The position numbers were made by a program, and so were the translations under genes. The notes beneath the pieces are model-generated. The model ran no database searches. It saw only the letters and a program-made list of their open reading frames with translations, and was not told where the DNA came from. From Octopus sinensis (Eukaryota), in assembly GCF_006345805.1 (NCBI RefSeq), contig NC_043001.1, positions 37,200,001 through 37,264,000 of the forward strand: a DNA stretch of 64,000 bases. The letters are read 5' to 3'. The stretch's first letter is position 1. Every line of letters begins with the position of its first letter. This document shows, piece by piece, positions 36,492-47,884 of this stretch.

Positions 36492-39400
36492 GTGCAAATA
36501 CAGAAGAAAGAATCATGAAAGCTGAAGATAGTGTAATAAATAAAATGAAGAGCCAGTCTTCGCAGAAAACAACCGATTATCTTTCTACGGAACACATGTT
36601 TACTTCCTCGCCAACAGAAATGTCAGAGTCATCTTCTGAAAAAACAAGACAACCTCTCTTAAGAGACGTTTACACTGCATATAAAGCGAAGCAAGATAAA
36701 GTTCATACGACTATTGAAACAAAGGAAATTCAACACAACGTTTCAGATCTTAACGAAAGAATCAGTTTGAAAAATAACAGTGTCGTTGATGGGCTAGAAA
36801 TGAACAGCGGTGAGAGCAACTCGCAGTTAGGTTCCTTGATAGAGGAGAAAGAGCTTGACTACAATTCAACTGATAAAACTAATATCGATGGAAAGGAGCT
36901 GATACAATTATCGTCTATAGATGTTAATAAGCAACTGAAACATTCATCCAGCAAGAAGGTCAAAACATCAAAGAATATAAAAAAAGGAAACAATAAACGA
37001 TCCAAGTTAAATGAAACAAGTCAAAACCGACAAACTGACGCCATTAATATACGGAAGACCACTGATATGGGATTGACTGTTAATTATTTAAGTTCTGCGG
37101 AAACTCCTGACTCATTGCAAAATGTAGAGGAAAAGAACAGAGCATTGTTTGCTGTACAGAAATCTACTGACCCGAGTACACACAGAACACATAACACGTT
37201 GGACAGTAAAAAATATAATTTTCAAGGAAAGATCAAAAGTAAAAAGACTGAAAAACTACCGAATAAAAAACGAAAAAAGAAAAAGAAAGTTAAGACGAGT
37301 AGAATCCGAAATAAAAGCTTAAACGTAACGAGTAAAAAAGGAAAAAAAAAAATTAATGACATTTCTACATCGACTGAATTCCACCGAGTAAGGTTTGCAA
37401 CAAACAAACGCGGAAAAAAGGATGAATACCGTGAGAGTTCAAAGAAGAATAAAACTGATCGATTTGCGAACTGGAATCGACTGCCTAAGAGAGTCAATCA
37501 AAAACAAACGCCAAATGCAGAAAAACCGCAAAAAGACATTTCTTTTGAACTAAACTTATTTCATAAAGACCGTTTTAAGTTAAGGAACGAGTTATCGACT
37601 GGGTCAAAAGAAAATTTTCAACAAGATGCAACATTTTTGCCAAAATTTTTCTTTCAGAATTCGAGAAATCTAATTTCAACAACGAAACAAATACCTGAAA
37701 AAAAAATTAAAGACCGATTATCTTCTGTTTCACCTTTTCGATTATTCAGATATAGAAACAGAAAGGGGAAACAACATTCACTAAATGAGCACGACCATTT
37801 CCAGAAAATTGTTAGAAATGAAGGTTCGTCACCAGATAAAACTGAGAAGCAATCATTTCCGAACCCTAATCCGTCAATAGTTACAACAATCAGAAATGTT
37901 TTAAAACCTGGAAAAGGAAAAGAATCAGCTCAGCAAAACATATCAGATAATTTTGAGGTTTCAAAACTATTTCGTACAACACAATCAGAATCAACTTTGA
38001 AGAGCAGAAGCGATCGATTCAAGCAAAATAAACAATCATATGTAACTATGCTTCCTCTAACAACAACATTAGATGAAAAGAACCTGGAAAGAACAGTGAT
38101 AGTACCCAAGAACGTAAAAGAATTGTCGGAAACAGATGTGAAACAAACAGATTTGAATGAAAAAGAATCCAGACACACAAATAACGTAAAACATAAGGAA
38201 GTCACTGAATATACCAATGATCGAACGAAGTGGACGTTAAGTGACGAAAATCTCAAATTAACTTCTTTACCAAGCAAAACATCTGCTGGTTTGAACGACC
38301 ATTTGCTGAACAAAGTTTCAAGCGCACCGAATTTCATTTCTACCGCAGATCACCGGCACTTAAGTTTCGAGAACACCATCATTAAGCAAACAGTTAAAGG
38401 TTCGGTCACTGATTTAGATGCTAACTTAAAAAGAAATTCATCAATTCAATTTAATAATTCAGCTCCTTTCAATTCAGATTTTATCGATGAGGTACAGACC
38501 ACCCATGAGAATTTTTCTTCTAAATCTTCCACAGACCAGGTCGTTATTTCAGAATTATCAACTAATCCCACAATTTTATCTTCGGGTAAAGGTTCTTCCC
38601 TTAGGACACTTTATGGAAATACGAAGACCAAGATGAAAAAATCGAAAATACCTGAAACTGAACTAATATATCAAACAGTGACTCCAAAGTATTTATGGCA
38701 AAATACAGCACAATCGAAAACTAATCGCGAACAAATAGCATCTCAAAACGACATACATTTTAATGATCTAATAAAACTTCTTTCCACACAGATACCACAT
38801 GACATGCTTACAAAACTCCCAACACCCAAATCTGAGAACTATAAGTCAGAAGACAATGTTGCTGCCTCATCCGGAAGAAGTAATGAAGAAAGTAAATCTT
38901 CAGTTACAGTAAATTATATTGACGATTCTACTCAAACATCAATTTCAAAAGTGTCAGATGATATTTCACTAAAGAATGAACATAAATATAATTCTTATTC
39001 GATAAATCCAACACATGGATCATACAAACATCTTTCGACTTCGGCAACTCCAAAAGAACTATTTCATTTCCCTCTGGACTTTGATAACTCAACTCCCTCC
39101 AAATCAATTGCAGATGAAAAACACCGGACGTCTCAAATCTTCTCCACTACTACCAAAGATCCCAAAACAAGTGAACATACTATCTTAACAACTAAATATG
39201 ATACTTCGGTTTCTACCAGTGAGTTACCAACATATTCTCAGGATGCCTCAGTGTCAACTATAATGACAAATAGTCAATACAAAGCGTCATCTTCACACAT
39301 AACTCCTACACATCAACCTCTGTTCCAAACAACTATGATACCAACTTTAAGAATCTCACCAATTACTCGTGTTGTATCAACGGAAAACTTATCCACAAAA

Positions 39401-40226
39401 GCAGCTAAAATATTTCAGCCAACATTCCCTAAACTTCATTCCAAAATTATTGTTGAACAGACATCAGCAACTACTGATAAAATGCCTACGTCACACCAAA
39501 AATCCATCAATAATGGAAATATTTCAAATCATATTTCCTCCACCCTATACCTGCAACCCCTCTCCACACGACGCACACAACTTTCTTCTACACAGCATCC
39601 CCCTTATATAACAGAAAAAATTTCCAAACGTCACACAACACCCCAAACTACAAACACCTCTTCACGACGCACTCCATCACTAGCAACAACGTCTTCTACT
39701 CGAAACAGACCCCACCTACCTACAACACTTCCTAAGCAACACACATCATCCCTAACAAGAAAAATGATTCTCCCGCCATCCACAATATCTACTCGGAACA
39801 CAAAATCTCACACCATAAAACTGTCTTCTCGAACAAAGATGATAACAACATCAAAGTTTTCTAATCCACATATTTTATCCCGCAGCTTTTCTAAACCATT
39901 TATAACGACGATTGTAACATCGAAAACGCATAAACCGAGTGGATCGATACAATCAGAAGCTACTCCGAAAAACGCCCTGTACGATTTTACTTCCATGACA
40001 CAAACAACAAAACATATATCAAAAGACAATCGTGTTCCAACAACTAACACACCGTCATCAAATTCTGTAACTCCTTCGCCAGAATCAGTTAGTACTCCGT
40101 CACAAGAGACAGGCAGTACTTGGTCACAAACGTTTGATAAAGGTCACCAAAATCTTCTCGTTGTTTGTAAAGTAGATACATCTGTAAATATAAACAGCGA
40201 CCAATTTCAGAACAATATAAGAAATG
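36492..40226 (+). CDS. Exon A (3735 nt, phase 1-1): Lys-rich then Ser/Thr-rich mucin-like stalk and start of a SEA-like domain
   Basis: 1263-aa ORF; acceptor tgtctttCAG|GT at 36490-91; donor AATG|GTAAGT at 40227. Confidence 0.88.
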
Positions 40227-40697
40227 GTAAGTATTTGAATATAACCTAACAAAATGAAATTTTGATTATTTAAGCAGTACACCAATCTGTAAATTTATTA
40301 CATCGGAAGGAAACATTTAGGTTCTTCTATGTTTATTTGCGGATTGTAGTAAAATAAATAGCCGAGGAGTTCTTGATGATAACCTAGTGCCACATAACGT
40401 TAAAAGTAATCATTATGAAATAATGAGGATTCTTCATACAGTTTGTTGATCAAATTTTACAGACATTGCAGCATCCGACTTCCAAGATGTGGTTTAGTGA
40501 ATAAATAATCACTGCTTAAGTTAAACTAACGGTTTCTTAAAAGCCACGTCGTTGTGGAAAACCTCGTCAGCAAGTAAGACTCGCGCGCGTGCACACACCC
40601 ACACACACACATACCCTCACATATAATTTTAATAAATGAACAATTCATGTTGTATGGTGTTTGATATACCTATATTTGTCTGTTTTTCCATAGACAA

Positions 40698-40862
40698 ATA
40701 GCGTAGGAGTGGTAAGTAGCTTGCTTACGAACCACATGGTTCCGGGTTCAGTCCCACTGCAAGGCACCTCGGGCAAGTGTCTTCTTCTATAGCCTCGGGC
40801 CGACCAAAGCCTTGTGAGTGGATTTGGTAGACGGAAACTGAAAGAAGCCCGTCGTATATATG

Positions 40863-40896
<34 letters not shown>

Positions 40897-41105
40897 GTCT
40901 GTGTGTGTGTGTGTGTATACGTATGTGTGTCTGTATTTGTCCCCCCAATATCGTTTGACAACCGATGCTGGTGTGTTTATGTCCCCGTAACTTAGCGGTC
41001 GGCAAAAGAGACCGATAGGATAAGTCCTGGGGTCGATTTGCTCGATGAAAGGCGGTACTCCAGCATGGCCACAGTCAAATGACTGAAACAAGTAAAAGAG
41101 AAAGA
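40698..41105 (+). mobile_element. Family B SINE, near full length
   Basis: gtggtaagtagcttgcttacgaaccacatggttccgggttcagtcccactgc..internal (TG)n..atgactgaaacaagtaaaagag. Confidence 0.9.
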
Positions 41106-41205
41106 GATACATGTCACTTGCCTCTGAGTTATTTCTCTGGGCTCATTTTTGTTTAGTCTATCTTTAGTTTTGATTTCCGTTTCTCTTTAAATAATATTCG
41201 TACAG

Positions 41206-41387
41206 GTTTGGTTCAAAGCTATATCGAAGGCAAAGCTTTAGGAGAAGTAAACAAATCTGGCAGCATGAAAAAGAGACGGAAACGTTCACTGGAAGGATCC
41301 AAGGATCAGGTCCACCGAATCAATGAAATGACATTAACCAAGTGTGCTGATGGCTGTAAAACAGGGTCGGACGATGTTAAAGCAGTG
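41206..41387 (+). CDS. Exon B (phase 1-0): GLVQSYIEG..KKRRKRSLEG..CADGC..DVKAV
   Basis: tacAG acceptor after a pyrimidine tract; donor GTG|GTAAAT; in frame with exon A. Confidence 0.85.
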
Positions 41388-42571
41388 GTAAATATAAAGC
41401 ATAAGAGTTTCATTTGCATGAACACAGAGAAGTATTGATTTCTTGCATACATACAAACGTACATAGACTTTAGGTTGGCTTGGTGGTAGTAAAAACAAGT
41501 GAAGCGATATAGATACACACGCAGTTTACACATCTCACATTTGGCAAACACGAATTCATGGGAAATAACTCTTCACCCCCACCAATTTTGTTTTACAATA
41601 TTTTAATTCATTTCTTTTTACTATCATCAAGTCAACCAAGATTCTATGAACCTCCAACAAAGATAAGATGAAGGTAGTTTCAGAAAGTGGAATGGTAAAA
41701 GAAAGAAACAAATGGAAAAAAGAAACAGAAGAATTAGGGTACTTTCATAAGGCTAGGTGGTGTAGAATCAACGGAAGGGGTCTGAAATTTGCGAAGCAGC
41801 CACTCGATCCGGAAAGGGTGATGTTCTCCAATTCCCTAAAAGAAACTTGTCCATATACTTGCATTTTTTGAAAATTTCTCATATGGAATTCAACAATCCG
41901 ACGGAATTTTGGGATAGGAGAGTGTACGATCTTTCAGGTACACATAACTTACATTCTTAATCAATTAACATATGGCATGTTGTTCGAGCTGAAAGGTCGC
42001 ATATCCTTTTTTGATCTAAGATTTCCACCGCACTACCAAATACCAGATCAGAAATTTTCATCAAATGCAAACATATGAACAAAGTTCTTTTGGCGAATTG
42101 GATGACACCACCCTCTCCAAATTGATCATCTGTCTCACAGACTTTAGACTCAACATCATCTAGCTTTACGACACTGCGGTCAAAGGGAAAATAACTCCTC
42201 TCTTTTTTCTCCTTTGCTTCCCCTCCCTCCCCGTTTTTTTTCATTATGCCACTTTTTGAACCAACTTTCAACCTGTTTTTTTTATCGTAATTTCTCTTGT
42301 TCTATTGTCCTGGTTTGTAACTTATATAAGCCATGTACCCAAAGCCTGAACATTATTTGGAGACATTGGGCGTGTTTTAAAAACTGCCTAGATAATGTCT
42401 TCAATGTCTGAAACTATTAGTAGCTCATAACTGTGTACATTAATATTTATCACTCACTAAATGAAGTGCTTTTTTGCTGACCTTGACTTAACGGAAAAGT
42501 AGCATATATATATATATACACACACACAATGTTAACAAAATAAGAAGGTGCGTGACGTTATATTAAATAAT

Positions 42572-42778
42572 ATGTTCAAAAAATATATAGAAGTACAAAC
42601 AAACAGAACAAATGGAAAATATACACATAGAGCGTCGCTAAATCCTCTTCAGTTATCGCCCATCGTTAAAGGAGTGAAATTGCTATGATCATTTGGGCGT
42701 TAACTGAAGAGGATTTAGTGACACTATGTATGTATTTTTCATTTGTTTTCTTTGTACTTCTATATATTTTTTGAATAC
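42572..42778. repeat. Foldback palindrome with ~85-bp arms in intron B-C
   Basis: ttcaaaaaatatatagaagtacaaa..ctaaatcctcttcagtta.cgccca vs its reverse complement. Confidence 0.85.
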
Positions 42779-42794
42779 ACGCACGTACGTACAT

Positions 42795-42856
<62 letters not shown>

Positions 42857-42978
42857 ATGTATGTATGTATGTATGTATTGCCTGTAATCTATGTTTATAC
42901 CCTGTTTGTACACCAGCTACATTTAAATTTGACATACAGAAACATATTTAGGGACACACTAAATTAGTAATAAAAGTA

Positions 42979-43544
42979 TTGGGTTGTCCGGAAAGTTCGT
43001 GCCGATTTTTAAAGGAAAGGAAAAGGTCAATAAATACATGCCATTAGATTTTTAATCAACCAAATATGAGCCATTTTGTTGCACAATGCGTCTCCATCTT
43101 TCCTTTAGCTTGAAAATACCCTCTTCCCAGAATTGAGGGGGTTTCATGGCAAAGAATTCATCAAGGTATCTTTTTACGTCATCCAAGGAATTGAAATTTT
43201 TACCGTTAAGACTATTCTGCAGAGACCTGAATAAGTGGAAATCCGAAGGAACAATACCTGGTGAATATGGAGAGTGAGGTAACACATCCCAGCCGAGCTG
43301 CAGCAATTTTTGTCTGGTTCCCAAAGCATCAAGTGCCGAAAATGAACTGTCTTATCTTCCATTTTAAAGGGTTACAGAATTAACACAGGTTATAGGAACA
43401 TAAACCTTCTTCCATGAAGAGATCGCTTAAACTGTGCTCTAAATGGAGGTGTAGTCAAATCCTATTTTATGGACTCAACCATGTTCTAAAATAAGTCGAA
43501 AGGTAAGCTACTATAAATCGGCACGAACTTTCCGGACAACCCAA
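42979..43544 (-). mobile_element. Internally deleted mariner, 566 bp
   Basis: Perfect 30-bp TIRs ttgggttgtccggaaagttcgtgccgattt, TA TSD; MEDKTVHFRHLMLWE joined out of frame to RQKLLQLGWDVLPHSPYSPGIVPSDFHLF..RWRRIVQQNGSYLVD. Confidence 0.95.
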
Positions 43545-43668
43545 TATTAGTTATCATTGTTTTGAAAGCATGTTGGTTAATATATACACATGTCAGGTAG
43601 GTACAGATTTGTTATTACATTCATACCTTCTGTGTTAGCGTTCATTTTTATTTCTTGATTATTTCCAG

Positions 43669-43812
43669 ATAATTCGTCAAGATCGCCGAGATGCTTTGGT
43701 CAGTATATATTTCCAAATGCAAGAAAATGGATCTGTAGTAGAAGCTGAGAAAGCGGCAGAGATATTTGCAAGACTTCAGCTTACAGAAATAAGTGTACAT
43801 CTAAAATATGCG
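43669..43812 (+). CDS. Exon C (phase 0-0): IIRQDRRDALVSIYFQMQENGSVVEAEKAAEIFARLQLTEISVHLKYA
   Basis: atttcCAG acceptor, GCG|GTAAAC donor, 48 open codons; SEA-like strand/helix pattern; too short for the ORF track. Confidence 0.85.
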
Positions 43813-44325
43813 GTAAACATTTACACTGTTTATTCAAAAATTATTTACATTTTGTAATTTTATAATGTATTCTTGCAATCTTGCGGTGACAGATCACTAC
43901 TTTGCACGAACAAAATTGAAGCTGGTTGTTAGGAAATAGCTTACAACAAGCAACAGTCTGTTCAAATGTATCCATCACAATAAATATATCATCAATATAC
44001 CTGGTGTAGACAGCATGTTTATATTTGTTGGACTAACAGATATGACACTTTTTCATCGGTTGACCATGCATGTATAGCAAGGAGACATCGTAACTTATAA
44101 TAATAAAGAACTGAAATAAAATTAGATGCAAAAACATTAGTTGATAACTATAAAATGTTATATAAAGAAGTCCAGAAAACATATGAGAAGAATTACTAGT
44201 GCATTTGTTATTAATAAAATACACACTAAAAATCAACGCACAAGCATGTCAAACATAAAATAAGTAATATAATTTACCAAAACTTAACTATTGTAGAATT
44301 TTTATATCAGGCGCTGATGTTCTTA

Positions 44326-44765
44326 TCTCTCTCTATGTAAACGGCAGTTTGTCTGTCTGTGTGTCTGTGTGTCTGTCAGGTTGTACCATCATCCTGACCA
44401 CGGCTTTCAACCGATTCTGATGAAACTTGACACACACATAGCCCAATGTCATAATTCAAAACTAACGCAGCGAAAATTTTGAAAAGTTCCCCCAGTTCTG
44501 AAAAAAATCGATAAATTCGACATGGGGTCGAGAATCTAAGCTTTTTATATGCAACACATTTTATGTCTAGGGGACACAACTCGACCTTTTTATCGCCCAA
44601 AGGGACAGCTAGGAACATCGTATACACAGAAGTATTCGAGTGAAGAGAAGACATTGCAACCTACACATGCGCCTTCGTTCCCTAGAGGGAAAGGACTAGA
44701 TTGGGATTAGTCGTTGCCTACTAGGGGCTCTTACATACCCGGGCAATGTCGGGCTACGCTGCTAG
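44326..44765 (+). mobile_element. Non-autonomous Helitron, family 2, complete (440 bp)
   Basis: A|TC 5' end, cccg-ggcaatgt-cggg hairpin, CTAG|T 3' end. Confidence 0.85.
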
Positions 44766-45105
44766 TCAGTTATAAAGTATCCCCATGATGCTTGAAACTT
44801 ACTGCCAAGCACATAACACATCATGACTATAATCTGATTCTAGTGATAAAGCTGAGAATATCTTGAAACGTAAATGACTGCATGGATTCAGTAACGTTAT
44901 TGTAAAGGACAAATTAGGAACTTATGAAAAATCCTAAATAATAAAGATACAAGTTGAACATAGCCGTGTCTTTAATATGTATTTACGTACATGTGCTTGT
45001 GCTTTTAATTTGGCATAAAATGGTGAGGTAAATTTCACTGTCAACAAAGCAACTAATTTTCGATGGTTACCTTATACTTATTGGTTTTTATTAATTTATT
45101 TGTAG

Positions 45106-45312
45106 ATATTTGAAAAAGTGACGGTAATCAAGTCATTACTTCCACGCCAGGGTCATCCACCGAAACCTTCGTCAACAAAATGGATGATGGTCACCATAGC
45201 TGCACCATCGATTCCGGTCCTGTGTGTTATTTTCATCTTGTTAAGTAGCTGGTATCGCAACCACACACGACTTCGTCAAAAAGCAATGGCAGATATATCA
45301 CGCGGAAGTGGG
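45106..45312 (+). CDS. Exon D (phase 0-0) with the transmembrane helix WMMVTIAAPSIPVLCVIFILLSSWY
   Basis: ttgTAG acceptor, GGG|GTATGT donor; hydrophobic stretch 45181-45255 followed by basic RNHTRLRQK. Confidence 0.85.
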
Positions 45313-46199
45313 GTATGTTTGTTTTCGTGTAATAAACGACATACATACATACATACATACATACATATCTATATAAACTAGTTCTCTGGTCCTAATTTAC
45401 GCTACACAAAGTCATTTAGGGCATTAACGAATTAAATGGATTCAATGAAATGGAAGCAGGTTTTATTTAATTCAAGGTCATATATTACTAGCGTACTCGT
45501 GGAAAATCGGCTAATAAATGTCCAGTTTTGCAATAAATTCCTTGTGACAATCTATATTCAAAAGGATTAATTGAATGAAACGCATGTTAAGTAAAACCAT
45601 TCTTGTAATTATGTTCCTCCACATCCCACATACAACTAAATCTCACTGCTACAAATCTCCAAAATCGATCACTCATAAATGTTATACAATTGTTCAGGCA
45701 AAGGAAACAGACTTTTTTTTCTTTATTTGCTACACTGGGCGACTATAATGCTTGAAGGAAATCACCCACCCTTAAAAATTGGACAGGTTTTACTCAGTGT
45801 GTAATTCCTGCAAAAGCATTGTCCAAACAGCGAAGGATGCCTCAGTGTATTGTATAACCGCTACCCTCCCACCTCCCTAGCTGCAGCCGATCTTTATAAT
45901 CCCTTTATAAAAGGATCACTGTCTAACTTTGTGGAATTCTCCTTTCCTGCACTTTTCAACCATAATGGATTTTTATGAGAGTTAATGTCGCAGACAAAGC
46001 CTCCATATTCGCTATCCATTTTGCATTCAATTCCACTCAGTACGCACTAGAACTATTCCTTTCCACACCACTGGGCACAGATACACACCAAATACGAAAG
46101 TACCCCCGGTACTTCAGCAAGAATAACCGGTCCTAGCAATGTCCATTCCGTTACTCTCAAATAATACGCCTAAGAACTACACCATAACCTTACCAAACA

Positions 46200-47335
46200 A
46201 ATTAGGAACTTATAAAAAATCTCTCTTTCCTCCGTGATACATCCTGGGGCTTTTTGTTGCTTTCTTTGTATCACGTTACGCTGAGTTCTATTCTCAAGAA
46301 AGCCTTCCTGTTATCCTACGATACTCACTTCAAATATCTCAGAGATTATGGAGAAAGCTTCTCCATCACCTTGAATTTCTCTCCCGTTTTAGTCACTGAT
46401 TGTATGGCGTTCGTACTGCCAGATTTACGGAAGACTTTTTCTCTTATGTTACTCACCTTGCTCCTGAGAAATTTGATGAACTCTGTTGTTGTCTTCAATA
46501 TCAACGAAGCTTTCGACCGTTTTTGGCACGCATACTTCATGGAAAAATCCTAACCCGGGCTCCATTAATCTCTCTTGTTTTTGATCGGTAGCTTCCTATC
46601 AGATCACACCTTCCCGTTGTATACTGATGGATCTTTCTCTGACAACTAATTTATCAACTTTGACTTGCTCCGAAATTTAGTTTTATCCGTCAATCTTGCC
46701 CCTGTATATCAACTATTTGCTGCCACATCTAACAACGCTCATCAAGAACATAGCCAAACTTCTTCTCAGAGACTGGCCTTCTTTTTAATAGCTATAAAAT
46801 CCTTCATCCCCAACAACCATTAATTCTCTCTAATGCTTAGGTGAAGTTCACAATGGTTACTGCCGCAGCATCTTAGACGGTGTAATAGCACGTATACAGA
46901 CATTTTGGTCCGTATTTAAAGAAAGACCACCTGACTGGTTGACATGAAATTGCTTACCAATACATTTCAACCTTCAGTACACAGATATGACGTCTCCTCT
47001 CTATTTTTTTCTACCGCTACTACAATGGCCTCTACTCTTTATAGTTGGTTGGTCACGTACCATATTCACTCAGCCAATACTCATTTGTCTCAAGTCCTCA
47101 AGTTGCCCACAGCGTGTAATATCCTTAGACCCCGCACTAAACCCTGCTCCCATTCCTTCTGTCCCAGAACGTCACCTCCGCCCCGGAATTACCTCCTGTC
47201 ACATATCTTTCGTGCACCCGCCGTCTTGCTGCTATTCAAGAGGATCGTTAACCGAGTCGACTTGACTGGTCTCACGGGAGGGGTGCAATAGCCATGAGCC
47301 AGCCACTTCTTCCAGATGAAGCCGAAAAAATAAAA
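46200..47335 (+). mobile_element. Heavily decayed CR1/L2/Jockey-group LINE (RT and 3' end)
   Basis: SVVVFNINEAFDRFWHA (RT motif LDxxKAFDxVxH), SFLSDH..DGS..S, QPSVHRYDVSSLFF, SFCPRT, LFKRIVN. Confidence 0.7.
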
Positions 47336-47357
47336 CGGGGTAAGGTATGCGCTTAAA

Positions 47358-47460
47358 AGGCAGTGAATCTACAGAATCGCTAAAGCGTCGGATAAAATGT
47401 CTGTGGTATTTTAAGTCTGCTTTTCATCCTTTCAGAATCGATAAAATAAACTACCAATCA
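47358..47460 (+). mobile_element. Degenerate family A SINE
   Basis: cagaatcgctaaagcgtcggataaaatg..tttcatcctttcagaatcgataaaataa. Confidence 0.55.
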
Positions 47461-47552
47461 AGTTCTAAAATTGCCTTTATAGTCATTCTTCTTATATAAA
47501 TGGAATTATTCTAGAAGAGGAATTAACCTGTGTGCTTTTTCCTCGTTTTCAG

Positions 47553-47884
47553 TATACAGAGTCACTAGCTGATGTCGGCCTGGAGATCGATATGGAAAAA
47601 GGAGAAATCGTAAGCCGTGCTGGTTCCACTTCTGTCCTGTGGTCTGAAGACTTTGTTGCTTCGGCAACCAAAGAAACTAATTCTCACGCTGGTTATTTCG
47701 GAGCGGATTACGAAAGCTCGCGCAGTAATTCATGGAGTGCTTACGCTGATCCAAATAACGTATTCAATAGCCTCCGCAACAAAAAACGGTCTCCAATTCC
47801 CAAACGTTACCAACGTCAAGGAAAATACGCCAAGAAACATAGTTCAAGCAGCTTTAATTTTGAAACTGGTCTAGAAGATGAATG
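47553..47884 (+). CDS. Exon E (phase 0-2): cytoplasmic YTESLADVGLEID..FNFETGLEDE
   Basis: cgttttCAG acceptor; donor ATG|GTAAGT at 47885; unspliced read-through gives W-stop at 47888. Confidence 0.82.

Noticed and set aside
42690-42730. ctgaagag in the intronic palindrome as a hammerhead core
   Set aside because: No downstream GAAA, and the upstream gaaa does not give a consistent permuted fold.
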